64,000 nucleotides of DNA. It comes from Candidatus Omnitrophota bacterium (GTDB taxonomy: Bacteria > Omnitrophota > Gorgyraeia > Gygaellales > Gygaellaceae). Position numbers and translations under genes: made by a program. Positions 30,750 to 40,982 of the stretch are shown here, in pieces (position 1 is the first letter of the stretch; each line of letters opens with the position of its first letter). The notes below the pieces were generated by a model. That model was given only the letters and a program-made list of their open reading frames with translations, was not told the DNA's origin and ran no database searches. Location: contig JAGYNB010000001.1 in the NCBI GenBank assembly GCA_018400015.1, positions 70,815 through 134,814 of the forward strand, read 5' to 3'.

Positions 30750-32912
30750 ATGAAAATATTCAAATATTGTTTTAGTTTAGTTATCTTTTCTTTAATTTTT
30801 ACTTTCGCGTTATCAGCGCCAGAGTACAGCATAGAAAATACCTCATTAGGTAAGGTAGTAGTTGGCCTGACACAAGAAGAGGTATTACAGGAATATGGGT
30901 CTCCAGATTTGGTAAGAGGAAATGTTTGGTATTATGATACAGAGCAGCCGTTTTATGCCTATTTAAAAAATAAAATTTATCTTTATCCGGATAAGATTAA
31001 AGTGAGCCTTGGTTCACCTGTTGAACTAAAAGTTTTAATCGATAAGTTCGACAAGGGGATATTGGATATAACTCGGGATAGTGAGTTTATAGTAAGCGAT
31101 GAAGAAAGTTTTATCGTTGACGAAAAGAATGTTATTTTTCCTAAGCGAGAAGGTAGTTTCCAGATATTTGCAAAATACAGAAACCGTTTAACCAATATTT
31201 GTAATCTTGAAGTAACTAACGTTGAGAGTGAAAAGGAAAAAATATCTCTAATGCAGATTGTAACATTCCCCTCTTTCGTAGAGACTGTTGAAGAGACAAG
31301 AATTGAATTTTCCGCATTCGGAGTTTTTAAAGATACTGATAAGAAAATTGTGTATATAGAAAATATTTCCAACCGTGCAAATTTTTTATTGCGTAGCGAA
31401 GGAAAAGTTACAAAGCAAAAAGACCGTTTTGTTAAATTTTTCAAAAAAGGCAGATATGAATTGTTTTGTACTTATTCTGATGTTTTAAGTGAGCCTAATG
31501 AGGTTGTTGTTTACGGATACGAAGAATTTCCAGGGCAAAAACGCTCTTTGCGCGAGATAAAAGCCTTTCCCGGGTATGTATCTGTTTTCCCAGATTATCG
31601 GATTGAATTTAAGGCATTCGCGAATTTTTTAGATAATAATTTTCATGATGTCACTTATCCGTCAAACTGGTTTGTTAAAGATACTGATATAATGGATGTT
31701 CTTGAAAAAGGCAAATTTCTTGCTCGTCAACCCGGGGTTACTGAGGTTATAGCTAGGTATAATCAAGACGAAAGTCTTCCTTTAAAGATAGTTGTTAATG
31801 ATAAAAAGAAAACAGAACAAGCGCCAACTAACAAAATGGAAAAGAGGATTAGTTTCAAAGATTTGTTTGAAGATACGAAAGAAGAAATCGAAGATTTTAA
31901 GGAAGATATTTCTTCTCAATACAGGAAGATAGTTTCGATAAAGTTATCCGAAGAATATGTTGAGTTGGGATTAGGACAGGAGTTCGATCTTAAGGCAATA
32001 GCAGTTTACGATGATGGCAAAGAAGAGGATGTTACTTTTTTAAGTCGGTGGTTGAGTTCTCAGGAAAAAACCGCCGTAATCTCAAAAGGGCGATTGAAGG
32101 CAATGAATACAGGCAGTGCATTGGTTAGCTGTGAATATAAAAATATAAGAAGTCTTCCGGCGACTGTGAATGTTGGCGAAGAAAAACTTCTTTCGATTGC
32201 TGTAAAGCCGGAAAATATCAGCCTAGATATGACAGAGAGAGTTCAACTTTTCGCGGAAGGTTTTTATAGTGATCAATCAAAGCGCGATATTACTTCGCTT
32301 GTAGATTGGCATTGTGAAAAGGAGAAGATGCTAGTAGTTTCTGCAGATGGGGAGCTTATACCAAAATCTCCTGGTAGCACTAATTTGGTGGCTAAATATC
32401 TTGATGTAGAAAGTTTGCCAATTTCGCTATCGGTTAGATATGGCCTTAAGTGGTTTTTTTTGCAAGCACTTAAATTAATGTTACTGTTAATGGCACTTGG
32501 TATATTCTTGTTTATTGTTATGTATTTTGTTGTTGAAGCTAAAAAAGCAAAACTATTGATATTGAAGGATAAAGATTCTAGGCAGTTTATGTTAAAGCTA
32601 TATGAAAATTTAAGTCGTCTGCTTACATTGGCAGGTTCTATGCCTTTAAAGGGCGATGCTTACCTTGCATATGCAGAATATGTACAGAATAAATACCAGA
32701 TAAAAGACGATTGTTTTTTAGATATAGTAAAGCTTTTCGAAAAGGCGAAATTCAGTAGTTATGATATTTCTGAAGTTGAAAAAGAACATATTCTAAATAA
32801 CTACAATTTGTTTCTGAACAGTTTGTTTTCCAGCCTAAAAAAAACTTACCAGATACATTTAAGAATAAAATCCGTTTTCTATAGGGTTGTTTTGTTGATT
32901 AAAACAGTTTAA
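30750..32912 (+). CDS. Exported Ig-like (Big_2) repeat protein with C-terminal TM and DUF4129-like tail
   Basis: Signal peptide, GLTQEEVLQEYGSP..WYY motif, five ~85-aa repeats (D[VI]T...W....G...A...G...[VI].A.Y), TM, then FEKAKFS. Confidence 0.8.
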   Translation: MKIFKYCFSLVIFSLIFTFALSAPEYSIENTSLGKVVVGLTQEEVLQEYGSPDLVRGNVWYYDTEQPFYAYLKNKIYLYPDKIKVSLGSPVELKVLIDKFDKGILDITRDSEFIVSDEESFIVDEKNVIFPKREGSFQIFAKYRNRLTNICNLEVTNVESEKEKISLMQIVTFPSFVETVEETRIEFSAFGVFKDTDKKIVYIENISNRANFLLRSEGKVTKQKDRFVKFFKKGRYELFCTYSDVLSEPNEVVVYGYEEFPGQKRSLREIKAFPGYVSVFPDYRIEFKAFANFLDNNFHDVTYPSNWFVKDTDIMDVLEKGKFLARQPGVTEVIARYNQDESLPLKIVVNDKKKTEQAPTNKMEKRISFKDLFEDTKEEIEDFKEDISSQYRKIVSIKLSEEYVELGLGQEFDLKAIAVYDDGKEEDVTFLSRWLSSQEKTAVISKGRLKAMNTGSALVSCEYKNIRSLPATVNVGEEKLLSIAVKPENISLDMTERVQLFAEGFYSDQSKRDITSLVDWHCEKEKMLVVSADGELIPKSPGSTNLVAKYLDVESLPISLSVRYGLKWFFLQALKLMLLLMALGIFLFIVMYFVVEAKKAKLLILKDKDSRQFMLKLYENLSRLLTLAGSMPLKGDAYLAYAEYVQNKYQIKDDCFLDIVKLFEKAKFSSYDISEVEKEHILNNYNLFLNSLFSSLKKTYQIHLRIKSVFYRVVLLIKTV

Positions 32913-33331
32913 CTGTCATGCAGTTTATCAATCAGGGCGTTTATTCTTGAAATAAGCGGCCAGAACTTATCGGTTTGTCTTATTTTAATATGATCTTTTT
33001 TTTCGCCTTTTATCACACCATCTAGCTCTCTTAGGATTCTGTCAAATGATCCGATCAGTTTATGCGTCTGTTTATAAACCACCATTAAAATAATGGCAAT
33101 CGAGCCAGGGGCAAGAAATAAAAGGATAATGCTGACTTGTTCTGCGATTATAAGCGGGTCAATATTGAAAGGAAGGATAAAATCCTCTCCGATTACCGAG
33201 AATACAAGAAAATAAAGACATAAGCTTACAATTAAAGTAGGTAATAATGCTACAAGAAATATCAGGTTCAGTATATCTTTCTGAAACTGGTTTGCATAAA
33301 AGGTCTTTCTTCTTTCTTTTGCGCCAGCCAT
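32909..33331 (-). CDS. Small 2-TM protein with HAMP-like C-terminus
   Basis: RRK..ANQFQ N-terminus, two TMs, THKLIGSFDRI...IKIRQTD...L...IN. Confidence 0.75.
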   Translation of the reverse strand: MAGAKERRKTFYANQFQKDILNLIFLVALLPTLIVSLCLYFLVFSVIGEDFILPFNIDPLIIAEQVSIILLFLAPGSIAIILMVVYKQTHKLIGSFDRILRELDGVIKGEKKDHIKIRQTDKFWPLISRINALIDKLHDS

Positions 33332-33413
33332 TTTACACCCCTTTTGTTAAAAAATACCCTAAGTGCTATTTTAAGCTAAAAGACACCCCCGGTCAAATAT
33401 TTTAATTAGACCC

Positions 33414-33477
33414 TTGACAAATAGGCGTGTCCAGGCTATACTTTAAATGGTTAATAGTTAAAAAGGTTAACTATTAA
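33414..33477 (+). promoter_or_regulatory. Sigma70-type promoter and palindromic operator of the marR-tolC-RND operon
   Basis: TTGACA (33414) -17 bp- TATACT (33437); perfect inverted repeat TTAATAGTTAA-N5-TTAACTATTAA at 33451-33477. Confidence 0.8.
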
Positions 33478-33488
33478 GGAGATTAAAC

Positions 33489-33956
33489 ATGAAACATAAT
33501 GACCTGGATATTTTTGCGGATAAGATGTGTGAGGTTATTCCTGATATCGCCCGTGAGGTTGCTAAAAGGGAAAGCAAAACCATTCTTAACAGTAAAGTTA
33601 GCATTTCTCAGCTTTTCTTGCTTGAGCTCTTAACCAGAGAAGGCGATATGCCAATGTCTAAGATAGCTAGCAATATGGGGGTATCTCTTCCGGCCGTAAC
33701 AAATATTACGGATAAGTTGGTAAAAGATAATTTTGTAAAAAGGCTATCTCACCCTAAAGATAGAAGGATTATTCTTATAAGCGCCACAGCCAAAGGCAAA
33801 GATGCGGTTGAAAAAGTAAATAGTATGAGGAGAAAATTTATAATTGAAGGTTTTGGTAAGTTAACCGCTAAAGAAAGAAATGTATATTTAGCAATTATTA
33901 TTAAATTACGCAATATATTAAAAGGTAAGACCGATAACAAAAAAAATGAAAAGTAG
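33489..33956 (+). CDS. MarR-family transcriptional regulator
   Basis: wHTH region S..AVT...DKLV...V.R, DRR, TAKG. Confidence 0.92.
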   Translation: MKHNDLDIFADKMCEVIPDIAREVAKRESKTILNSKVSISQLFLLELLTREGDMPMSKIASNMGVSLPAVTNITDKLVKDNFVKRLSHPKDRRIILISATAKGKDAVEKVNSMRRKFIIEGFGKLTAKERNVYLAIIIKLRNILKGKTDNKKNEK

Positions 33957-35430
33957 AAAAAGCAGAATAGGTTATATTATTTTAGGATTAATTTTGATCG
34001 CTAATATTAGTTTTAGCGAAGAGGTTAATTTTGATAAAGCCACATTGGAATTGTCTTTAATCGATGTTTCCAGTATTGCCATAGAGAATAATCTTGATAT
34101 CCAGATTGCAAAATACGATGCCTACATAAAAAGGAATGATGATTTAAGCAGTCGCTCTATATATGATACGATTTTTTCAGTTTCGGCAGCATATGATAAA
34201 GATGAAAAAGTTTCTTCCAGTTCTTTGGCGGCGGATTCAACAACAACGCGAGATTACACAGCCGGCATTTCCAAAAAGACTCCCACAGGTACTACAGTAG
34301 GAGTGGATTTTGAAAATCAGCGCGTAGATACTGACTCTGGCCTTGTGAACATGAATCCTAGCAATGATGTAAAGGCAAAACTTTCCTTAAAACAGGAATT
34401 AGGCAAGAATTTCTTTGGTCTTAAGGATAGGTCTGATATAAAAATTACTAAGTTAGAGATAATTAATTCCGATTACGCTTCTTTGGAGAAAATTGAAGAC
34501 GCTTTATTGAATGCCCAGAAGGCGTATTGGGAATTAGCTTACCTTTATGAGGAGTTAAATATAAGAAAAGAAATGCTTAATAAAGCCAAGCATTTGATGA
34601 GAATATATGAGGATAAGTATAAACTTGGGTTAGTAGAAGACCCTGATTTGTTTGCTGCTCAAGCCAATGTTTTATTAAGAAAAAATGAGCTTAGAATAAC
34701 AGAAGAACAGCTTGAGCTGGCCAATAGCGATCTGTTGTTGATGCTTAATGAGGAAAGTACGGATTTGGATATTTTGCCTAAAGAAAAAATAGAATTTAAA
34801 GTTTTTGATGTAGATTTTAACGAGTCTTTAAAACAGGCGATTTCTCATCGCAGGGACTATTCGCAGGCAAAAAACAATATAAAAGCAAAAAATATTAAGC
34901 TGGTAACCAAAAAAAACAATCTTTGGCCGGAGATAGATTTAAGCGCCAGCCTTACGAAAAACGGTATTGATTCTTCATATAGCGAAGCCTTATCGGCAAT
35001 AAAAGATCAAGACAATAAGGAAGTATATGTCGGTTTTACTATTAAGATACCTTTAGAGAATTCGGATGCGAGATCACAGCTTAATAAGGCGCGTTTAGAA
35101 AAGGCAAAGTATTTAGTTATGCTTAAACAGGTTGAGCGTAAGATTTTGCTTGATATAAACGATAAGATAACTATTTTGACTTCGTTTTTAAATCAGGTAG
35201 AAACGAATATTACTATTGTTGATCTGCAGCAGAAAAAACTCGAAGCTGAAGAGGCTAGGTTTAGCTTAGGCAGATCATCAAGTGATATTTTAATTCGTTA
35301 TCAGGAGGATCTATTAAATGCTAAGCTTTCTTCGGCGGTTTCAATATACCAATGTGAATTAGCATATATAGATTTATTAAAAAGCCAAGGAACGCTTTTA
35401 GATAGCTATACAAAAGGCAATGTATTATGA
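33946..35430 (+). CDS. TolC-family outer membrane protein
   Basis: Signal peptide, AIENNLDI, AYWEL, LWPEIDL, helical repeats, RFSLG.S. Confidence 0.9.
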   Translation: MKSRKSRIGYIILGLILIANISFSEEVNFDKATLELSLIDVSSIAIENNLDIQIAKYDAYIKRNDDLSSRSIYDTIFSVSAAYDKDEKVSSSSLAADSTTTRDYTAGISKKTPTGTTVGVDFENQRVDTDSGLVNMNPSNDVKAKLSLKQELGKNFFGLKDRSDIKITKLEIINSDYASLEKIEDALLNAQKAYWELAYLYEELNIRKEMLNKAKHLMRIYEDKYKLGLVEDPDLFAAQANVLLRKNELRITEEQLELANSDLLLMLNEESTDLDILPKEKIEFKVFDVDFNESLKQAISHRRDYSQAKNNIKAKNIKLVTKKNNLWPEIDLSASLTKNGIDSSYSEALSAIKDQDNKEVYVGFTIKIPLENSDARSQLNKARLEKAKYLVMLKQVERKILLDINDKITILTSFLNQVETNITIVDLQQKKLEAEEARFSLGRSSSDILIRYQEDLLNAKLSSAVSIYQCELAYIDLLKSQGTLLDSYTKGNVL

Positions 35431-38400
35431 AGATTATAGAATTTAGCGTAAAACATTCTTTGTTTGTAAACCTTCTATCGGCTCTTATTATCATAGCTGG
35501 CGTTATTTCCATGTTTCAGTTAAGGCGCGAGGCTTTTCCGGAAGTTTCTTTTGATATCGTTACCGTGGAGACTATGTATAGCGGCGCTTCTGCTGAGGAA
35601 GTAGAGAAATTAGTTACGGCACCTTTAGAGAAAGAGCTTAAGAATGTAGATGATGTGGATGAGTTGAGTTCTTCTTCACGCGAGGGGTATTCTCTTATCG
35701 CGTTGGAACTTAACCCCGATTTAAACGAAAATGATGTAATGAAGGTTGTCGATGATATTCAAAAAGCAGTTGATCGAGTTACTGATTTGCCAGAGGGGGT
35801 TGAAGATAAACCTTTGGTAACTGAGATAACCTCTAATGATATGCCAGCAATAAAACTTGCCTTAAGCGGTAATCTTCCTGAAGCGCAGTTACGGGATTTA
35901 GCAGATAAACTCGAAGATAGAATAGAAAATATAGAAGGAGTTTCCAGTATAAGAAAAACCGGTTGGCGCGATGAAGAATATTGGGTGGAGCCAGATATAA
36001 ATAAACTTAAAACATTTCATGTTTCCATAGAAGAGATTATGCAGGCGCTTTCTAAGAAGAACGTTACAATCCCCGCAGGGAAACTTCGTCTTGACGGACA
36101 GGAATTTATAGTTAAGACAACAGGAGAGTTTGTCGCAAAAGAAGATATCGAGAATGTTATTATAAGGGCTAATGATTTAGGTAATTGGTTAAGAGTCAAG
36201 GATTTAGCCAATGTACGCCATACCTTTGAAGAAGAAAGTATTATTCATAAAACTATGGGTACCCGTTCTATTACGCTAATTGTTTTAAAAAGAGAAAAGG
36301 GCGATGCAATAAAGATGGTTGCTCAGATAAAAGATGAAATAAAAGATTTTACCAAGAGCGTTCCCAAAGAGCTAAAGATTTCTACGCCGTATGATTTATC
36401 TTACTATATCGAAAGGCGGCTTAATGTTTTAAGAAACAATGGCGCAATAGCGATTGTTCTAGTGGTCGCGGTTTTGTTTTTATTTCTGCATCCAATGGCC
36501 GCACTTTTTACATCCTTGGGAATTCCTATTGCCATGCTGGCAACATTTTGGTACATGAATTCTGTGGGGATGAGCATAAATATGATCAGCATGTTCGGTT
36601 TAATTATTGTTTTGGGCATGGTAGTTGATGACGGTATTATTATAAGCGAGAATGTCTATCGTTATTTTGAAAATGGAATGCCGGCAAAAGAAGCTGCGAT
36701 AAAAGGTGCAAATGAAGTTATGGCGCCCGTTTTTGCTACAATCATGACTACGTTTGCCGCATTCAGTCCGCTTTTATTTATGTCTGGATTAATTGGTAAA
36801 TTCGTAAAACAAATCCCTTTGGTTGTAATTATAGCCTTAAGCGCTTCTGTAATCGAAGCGTTTGTGATTTTACCTAGTCACTTGGCTGATTTTGTAAAGG
36901 CGAATAAAGATAATAAAGAAAACAGGGTTTCTAAAATAGGCAAGACTATATTTAATAAGGTTTCAAGATTATATAATAAGGTTTTGAATAAAGCACTTAA
37001 CCACCGTTATAAATTCGCCGCTACGATACTTATAATTTTTATTACCAGCATGGTTTATGCAAAGTTATTTATGCCATTTTTACTTTTTGGTTCAAAAGGA
37101 GTAGAACAATTTCATATAAGAGCAGAAGCAAAGCCGGGCACATCGCTGTATCGCATGGAAGAACTTCTGCGTCCGGTTGAAGAGTTTGTCGGCAATATGC
37201 CCAGGGAATATCTGGATTCATATGAGACATTGATCGGTTCGATATCAGAAGAAAGAGGTTTTGATCCCAATGCTAAGCAGGCTAGTAATGTTGCTCAGAT
37301 TGAAGTCTATCTTAGCCCTGCCCAGGGGAGAAGAGTATCTGCAAAGCAGATTATGGATGATATGCGTGGTGATTTAGTTAAGATAAAAGACAAGCTTCCG
37401 GAATTAGAGAAGCTTTATTTTAAGGAGTTTAAAGACGGGCCACCTACAGGAAAAGCAGTAGATTTAAGAGTTCGAGGAGAAGATTTCCAGATCCTAAAAA
37501 CAATTGCCGAAGAAGTTAAAGAGTACTTGTCGAGTTTAAAAGGCATAAAAGATATCGATGATAGTTATGATACGGGTAAAAGAGAACTGCGCGTTATTAT
37601 TGATGAGGAAAAATCTACTATGGCATTTTTGACTGTAGGAGAAGTTGCGACAAGTCTTAGGAATGCTTTTGAAGGGGGCATGGCTACGGAAATTACACGT
37701 TCAAAGGCTGAAGAAAAAATCAAGGTTTTGGTCAGGCTTCCACAGAAGCAGCGTGATACGATGGATGTTTTTAATAATCTAGTTATCGTAAATAAATATG
37801 GCAATCTCGTTCCTTTAAAGTCTATCGCTACGATAGAAGATAGCTGGGGTTTAACTTCCATAGAGCATTACGAAGGGGAACGCATCATTGGCGTTAGTGC
37901 AAGTGTTAATAATAAACAGATGACTTCAAAAAAAGCAAACGGGCTGCTTAAGTATAAATTTAAAGATATCTCAGATCGTTACCCAGGGTACAGTATCAAA
38001 TACGTAGGGGAAGAACAAGATAATGTTGAGTCTATGCGCAGTCTTGTACAGGCGTTCGCTGTAGCGTTTTTACTTATATTTTTGATCCTTGCGACTATTT
38101 TCAATTCCCTTATCCAGCCTTTTGTAGTCATGCTTACGATTCCTTTTGGATTGGTGGGAGTTATTTTTGCCTTGAGCGTTCATAATGAACCAGTAAGTTT
38201 CTTAGCAATTATGGGTATAATTGGTTTAGCAGGTGTTGTGGTAAATGATTCCATTGTTTTTGTTGATTTTATTAATAAACTAAGGAAACAAGGTATTGAT
38301 AGGCGCGATTCCATAGTCCAGGCAGGCTTACTAAGGCTCAGGCCTGTCATGCTTACTACGATAACAACGGTTTTTGGTTTAAGCACCGTAGCCTATGGCA

Positions 38401-38573
38401 TAGGCGGGAGCGACCCATTTTTAAGGCCAATGGCTTTGTCTATTTCCTGGGGTCTTTTATTTGGAACAGTACTTACTTTGGTAATAATGCCTTGTATTTA
38501 TGCGATAATTGACGATATTACTGTAAAGGTTGTACATCATGCGACAGTGCGTAAGAATAATAACAATCATTAA
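35427..38573 (+). CDS. RND efflux permease (AcrB/AcrD/AcrF family)
   Basis: 1048 aa; REAFP, GMVVDDGIIISEN, GVVVNDSIV, RLRPVMLTT. Confidence 0.95.
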   Translation: MKIIEFSVKHSLFVNLLSALIIIAGVISMFQLRREAFPEVSFDIVTVETMYSGASAEEVEKLVTAPLEKELKNVDDVDELSSSSREGYSLIALELNPDLNENDVMKVVDDIQKAVDRVTDLPEGVEDKPLVTEITSNDMPAIKLALSGNLPEAQLRDLADKLEDRIENIEGVSSIRKTGWRDEEYWVEPDINKLKTFHVSIEEIMQALSKKNVTIPAGKLRLDGQEFIVKTTGEFVAKEDIENVIIRANDLGNWLRVKDLANVRHTFEEESIIHKTMGTRSITLIVLKREKGDAIKMVAQIKDEIKDFTKSVPKELKISTPYDLSYYIERRLNVLRNNGAIAIVLVVAVLFLFLHPMAALFTSLGIPIAMLATFWYMNSVGMSINMISMFGLIIVLGMVVDDGIIISENVYRYFENGMPAKEAAIKGANEVMAPVFATIMTTFAAFSPLLFMSGLIGKFVKQIPLVVIIALSASVIEAFVILPSHLADFVKANKDNKENRVSKIGKTIFNKVSRLYNKVLNKALNHRYKFAATILIIFITSMVYAKLFMPFLLFGSKGVEQFHIRAEAKPGTSLYRMEELLRPVEEFVGNMPREYLDSYETLIGSISEERGFDPNAKQASNVAQIEVYLSPAQGRRVSAKQIMDDMRGDLVKIKDKLPELEKLYFKEFKDGPPTGKAVDLRVRGEDFQILKTIAEEVKEYLSSLKGIKDIDDSYDTGKRELRVIIDEEKSTMAFLTVGEVATSLRNAFEGGMATEITRSKAEEKIKVLVRLPQKQRDTMDVFNNLVIVNKYGNLVPLKSIATIEDSWGLTSIEHYEGERIIGVSASVNNKQMTSKKANGLLKYKFKDISDRYPGYSIKYVGEEQDNVESMRSLVQAFAVAFLLIFLILATIFNSLIQPFVVMLTIPFGLVGVIFALSVHNEPVSFLAIMGIIGLAGVVVNDSIVFVDFINKLRKQGIDRRDSIVQAGLLRLRPVMLTTITTVFGLSTVAYGIGGSDPFLRPMALSISWGLLFGTVLTLVIMPCIYAIIDDITVKVVHHATVRKNNNNH

Positions 38574-38664
38574 GATTTAATCAGGACCATATCTTTATTA
38601 TTTTCAAGAAGATATAAGTAAATTATCTGTAACAATCAATCCTGCCAATAATTATTTAAAAATC

Positions 38665-38693
38665 TTGCTTTTTTATCTATGGTATACTATAAT
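38665..38693 (+). promoter_or_regulatory. Putative sigma70 promoter
   Basis: TTGCTT -17 bp- TATAAT upstream of the DUF212 gene. Confidence 0.5.
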
Positions 38694-38725
38694 TTAGGTT
38701 AATTATTGACTAAGGAAAACCGATT

Positions 38726-39175
38726 ATGGAAGAATTTTTTAGAGAAGTTGTGCTTAATAAGATTTTAATCGTGACATTGTTTGGCTGGATAATTGCTCAG
38801 ACCATCAAGGTGATTATCGGTATTATTAGGGAAAGAAGATTCAATTTCCTTTGGTTTATCGGTACTGGAGGTATGCCTTCAAGCCATGCAGCAGGCGCAT
38901 CTGCTTTGGCGACAAGCGTAGGTTTAGAGTGTGGGTTTAATTCTGTATTTTTTGCTTTGGCTGCGATGTTCGCTCTTGTGACTATGTTTGATGCTCAAGG
39001 CGTAAGGCGTGCTACTGGAAAGCAGGCCCAGATTTTAAACATGATGATGACAGACATATATTTCAAGAAAAAGATTCAGGAAGATAGGCTTAAAGAGTTG
39101 ATCGGACATACTCCTATACAGGTTTTTGTAGGTGGTCTTTTAGGCATATTCATTTCAATTTTATTTTTCAAATAA
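38726..39175 (+). CDS. Divergent PAP2 family (DUF212) membrane protein
   Basis: AQTIK, GGMPSSH, DAQGVRR, LKELIGHTP.QV. Confidence 0.93.
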   Translation: MEEFFREVVLNKILIVTLFGWIIAQTIKVIIGIIRERRFNFLWFIGTGGMPSSHAAGASALATSVGLECGFNSVFFALAAMFALVTMFDAQGVRRATGKQAQILNMMMTDIYFKKKIQEDRLKELIGHTPIQVFVGGLLGIFISILFFK

Positions 39176-39193
39176 ATACAAACAGGAGCTTTT

Positions 39194-40015
39194 ATGCGTA
39201 AGATGATTATACGTATTGTAGTTATTGTGGCAGCGGTAATAATTGTATTTGCGCTTTTTAGAATTGGCAGAAACAAAAGTATTCTTCATAAATCAACCGG
39301 TAAGGTTTCTGCAAAAACAGCTTCGGTTATATCCCAGGCTCAAGAATATGAAAATAATGCACAGTTTTCTAAGGCGCACGATTTATATGCAGAGCTTATA
39401 GAAAAACATCCTGATAGCCCGGATTTCATAAGCTGGCAGGAAAAGCTGGAAGATTTAAACCTTAAGATGCTGTTCTCTGCGCAAATAACTCCCGGGAGCA
39501 TTCAGTATACTGTAGAAAAAGGAGATTCTCTTTATAAGATCGCCAAAAAACATAACACAACGGTTGAGCTTATAAAGGAAAGCAATAATTTGACTAGTAA
39601 CCGTATATATGTAGGTCAAAATTTGAAGGTGTGGACTTTGCCTTTTAATATTCTAGTTGATAAATCACAGAATATTCTTCTTTTGAAGATTAAGGACACA
39701 GTTTTTAAAACTTATAATGTGGCAACAGGGGCAAATAATGCCACCCCTGTAGGAACTTTTAAGCTTAAGGATAAGTTAGTGAATCCTGTTTGGTATAATG
39801 AAGGTAAAGCAATCTTGCCGGAAGATCCTGATAATATTCTTGGTACACGCTGGATGGGTTTTGATCAGGCGCCTCGCTATGGAATTCACGGTACATCTGA
39901 GCCCGGAAGTATTGGTTCACAGGCGACCCAAGGATGCGTAAGAATGTATAATAGAGAAGTCGAACAGTTATTTGCAATTGTTCCCGAGGGGACAGAAGTA
40001 ACAATAATGGATTGA
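39194..40015 (+). CDS. L,D-transpeptidase with TPR-like and LysM domains
   Basis: YTVEKGDSLYKIAK LysM; YGIHGT...ATQGCVRM YkuD catalytic motif. Confidence 0.93.
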   Translation: MRKMIIRIVVIVAAVIIVFALFRIGRNKSILHKSTGKVSAKTASVISQAQEYENNAQFSKAHDLYAELIEKHPDSPDFISWQEKLEDLNLKMLFSAQITPGSIQYTVEKGDSLYKIAKKHNTTVELIKESNNLTSNRIYVGQNLKVWTLPFNILVDKSQNILLLKIKDTVFKTYNVATGANNATPVGTFKLKDKLVNPVWYNEGKAILPEDPDNILGTRWMGFDQAPRYGIHGTSEPGSIGSQATQGCVRMYNREVEQLFAIVPEGTEVTIMD

Positions 40016-40016
40016 T

Positions 40017-40982
40017 ATGAACGGTCTTGATTTTGAAAAACCAATTTTAGAATTAGAAAAAAAGATCGATGAATTAAGGAGTTTTACAAGCGACAAGAAA
40101 ATCAATCTTGCCTCTGAAATAAACCGTCTTGAAGATAAACTTACCAGACTTAAAAAAGATACTTATCGCGATCTTAATCCTTGGCAGCGAGTACAAATAG
40201 CTCGTCATCCGCAAAGGCTTTACACAGCAGACTATATTAATACGATTATGAAAGACTTTGTTGAACTGCACGGAGATCGTTTGTTTGCTGACGACAAGGC
40301 TTTAATTGCAGGATTAGCCACTTTAGATGACAGAAAGGTTATTGTTATGGGTCATCAAAAAGGACGTGAGACAAAAGAAAATATTATCCGTAATTTTGGC
40401 TGTGCACATCCTGAAGGATACCGCAAGGCGTTAAGGCTCATGTATATGGCGGAAAAGTTTGGTTTACCCATAGTTGTTCTTATCGATACCCCCGGTGCAT
40501 ATCCTGGGGTAGGCGCTGAAGAAAGAGGTCAGGCCCAGGCAATAGCTTACAATCTTATGCAGATGGTCGGGATCAAGGTTCCTATTGTTGTAACTGTAAT
40601 CGGAGAAGGCGGTTCAGGAGGAGCTTTGGGTGTTGGTATAGGAGACAGAGTTTTGGTGTTGGAGAATTCTTATTATTCGGTTATTTCTCCTGAAGGGTGC
40701 GCAGCAATTCTTTGGAAAAGTAGCACTAAAGCTGCGCTGGCAGCAGAAGCCTTGAAACTTACTGCAGAGGATTTATTGAAATTTAAAATTATAGATGAAA
40801 TTGTGCCAGAACCCTTAGGCGGGGTGCATAGAGACCCCCAGAAGATGTGTCAGACTTTAAAAGAGGCTTTAGTAAGGAATCTCAACTCTTTATCCGATCT
40901 GTCCATAGATCAGATACTGGAAAAAAGATACAATAAGTTTAGAAAAATCGGCGATATCACCGAACCCGCAAAAGATGCTTAA
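40017..40982 (+). CDS. accA: Acetyl-CoA carboxylase carboxyltransferase alpha
   Basis: LDFEKPI, ARHP.R, ELHGDR, IDTPGAYPG, GEGGSGGA, ISPEGCA. Confidence 0.98.
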   Translation: MNGLDFEKPILELEKKIDELRSFTSDKKINLASEINRLEDKLTRLKKDTYRDLNPWQRVQIARHPQRLYTADYINTIMKDFVELHGDRLFADDKALIAGLATLDDRKVIVMGHQKGRETKENIIRNFGCAHPEGYRKALRLMYMAEKFGLPIVVLIDTPGAYPGVGAEERGQAQAIAYNLMQMVGIKVPIVVTVIGEGGSGGALGVGIGDRVLVLENSYYSVISPEGCAAILWKSSTKAALAAEALKLTAEDLLKFKIIDEIVPEPLGGVHRDPQKMCQTLKEALVRNLNSLSDLSIDQILEKRYNKFRKIGDITEPAKDA

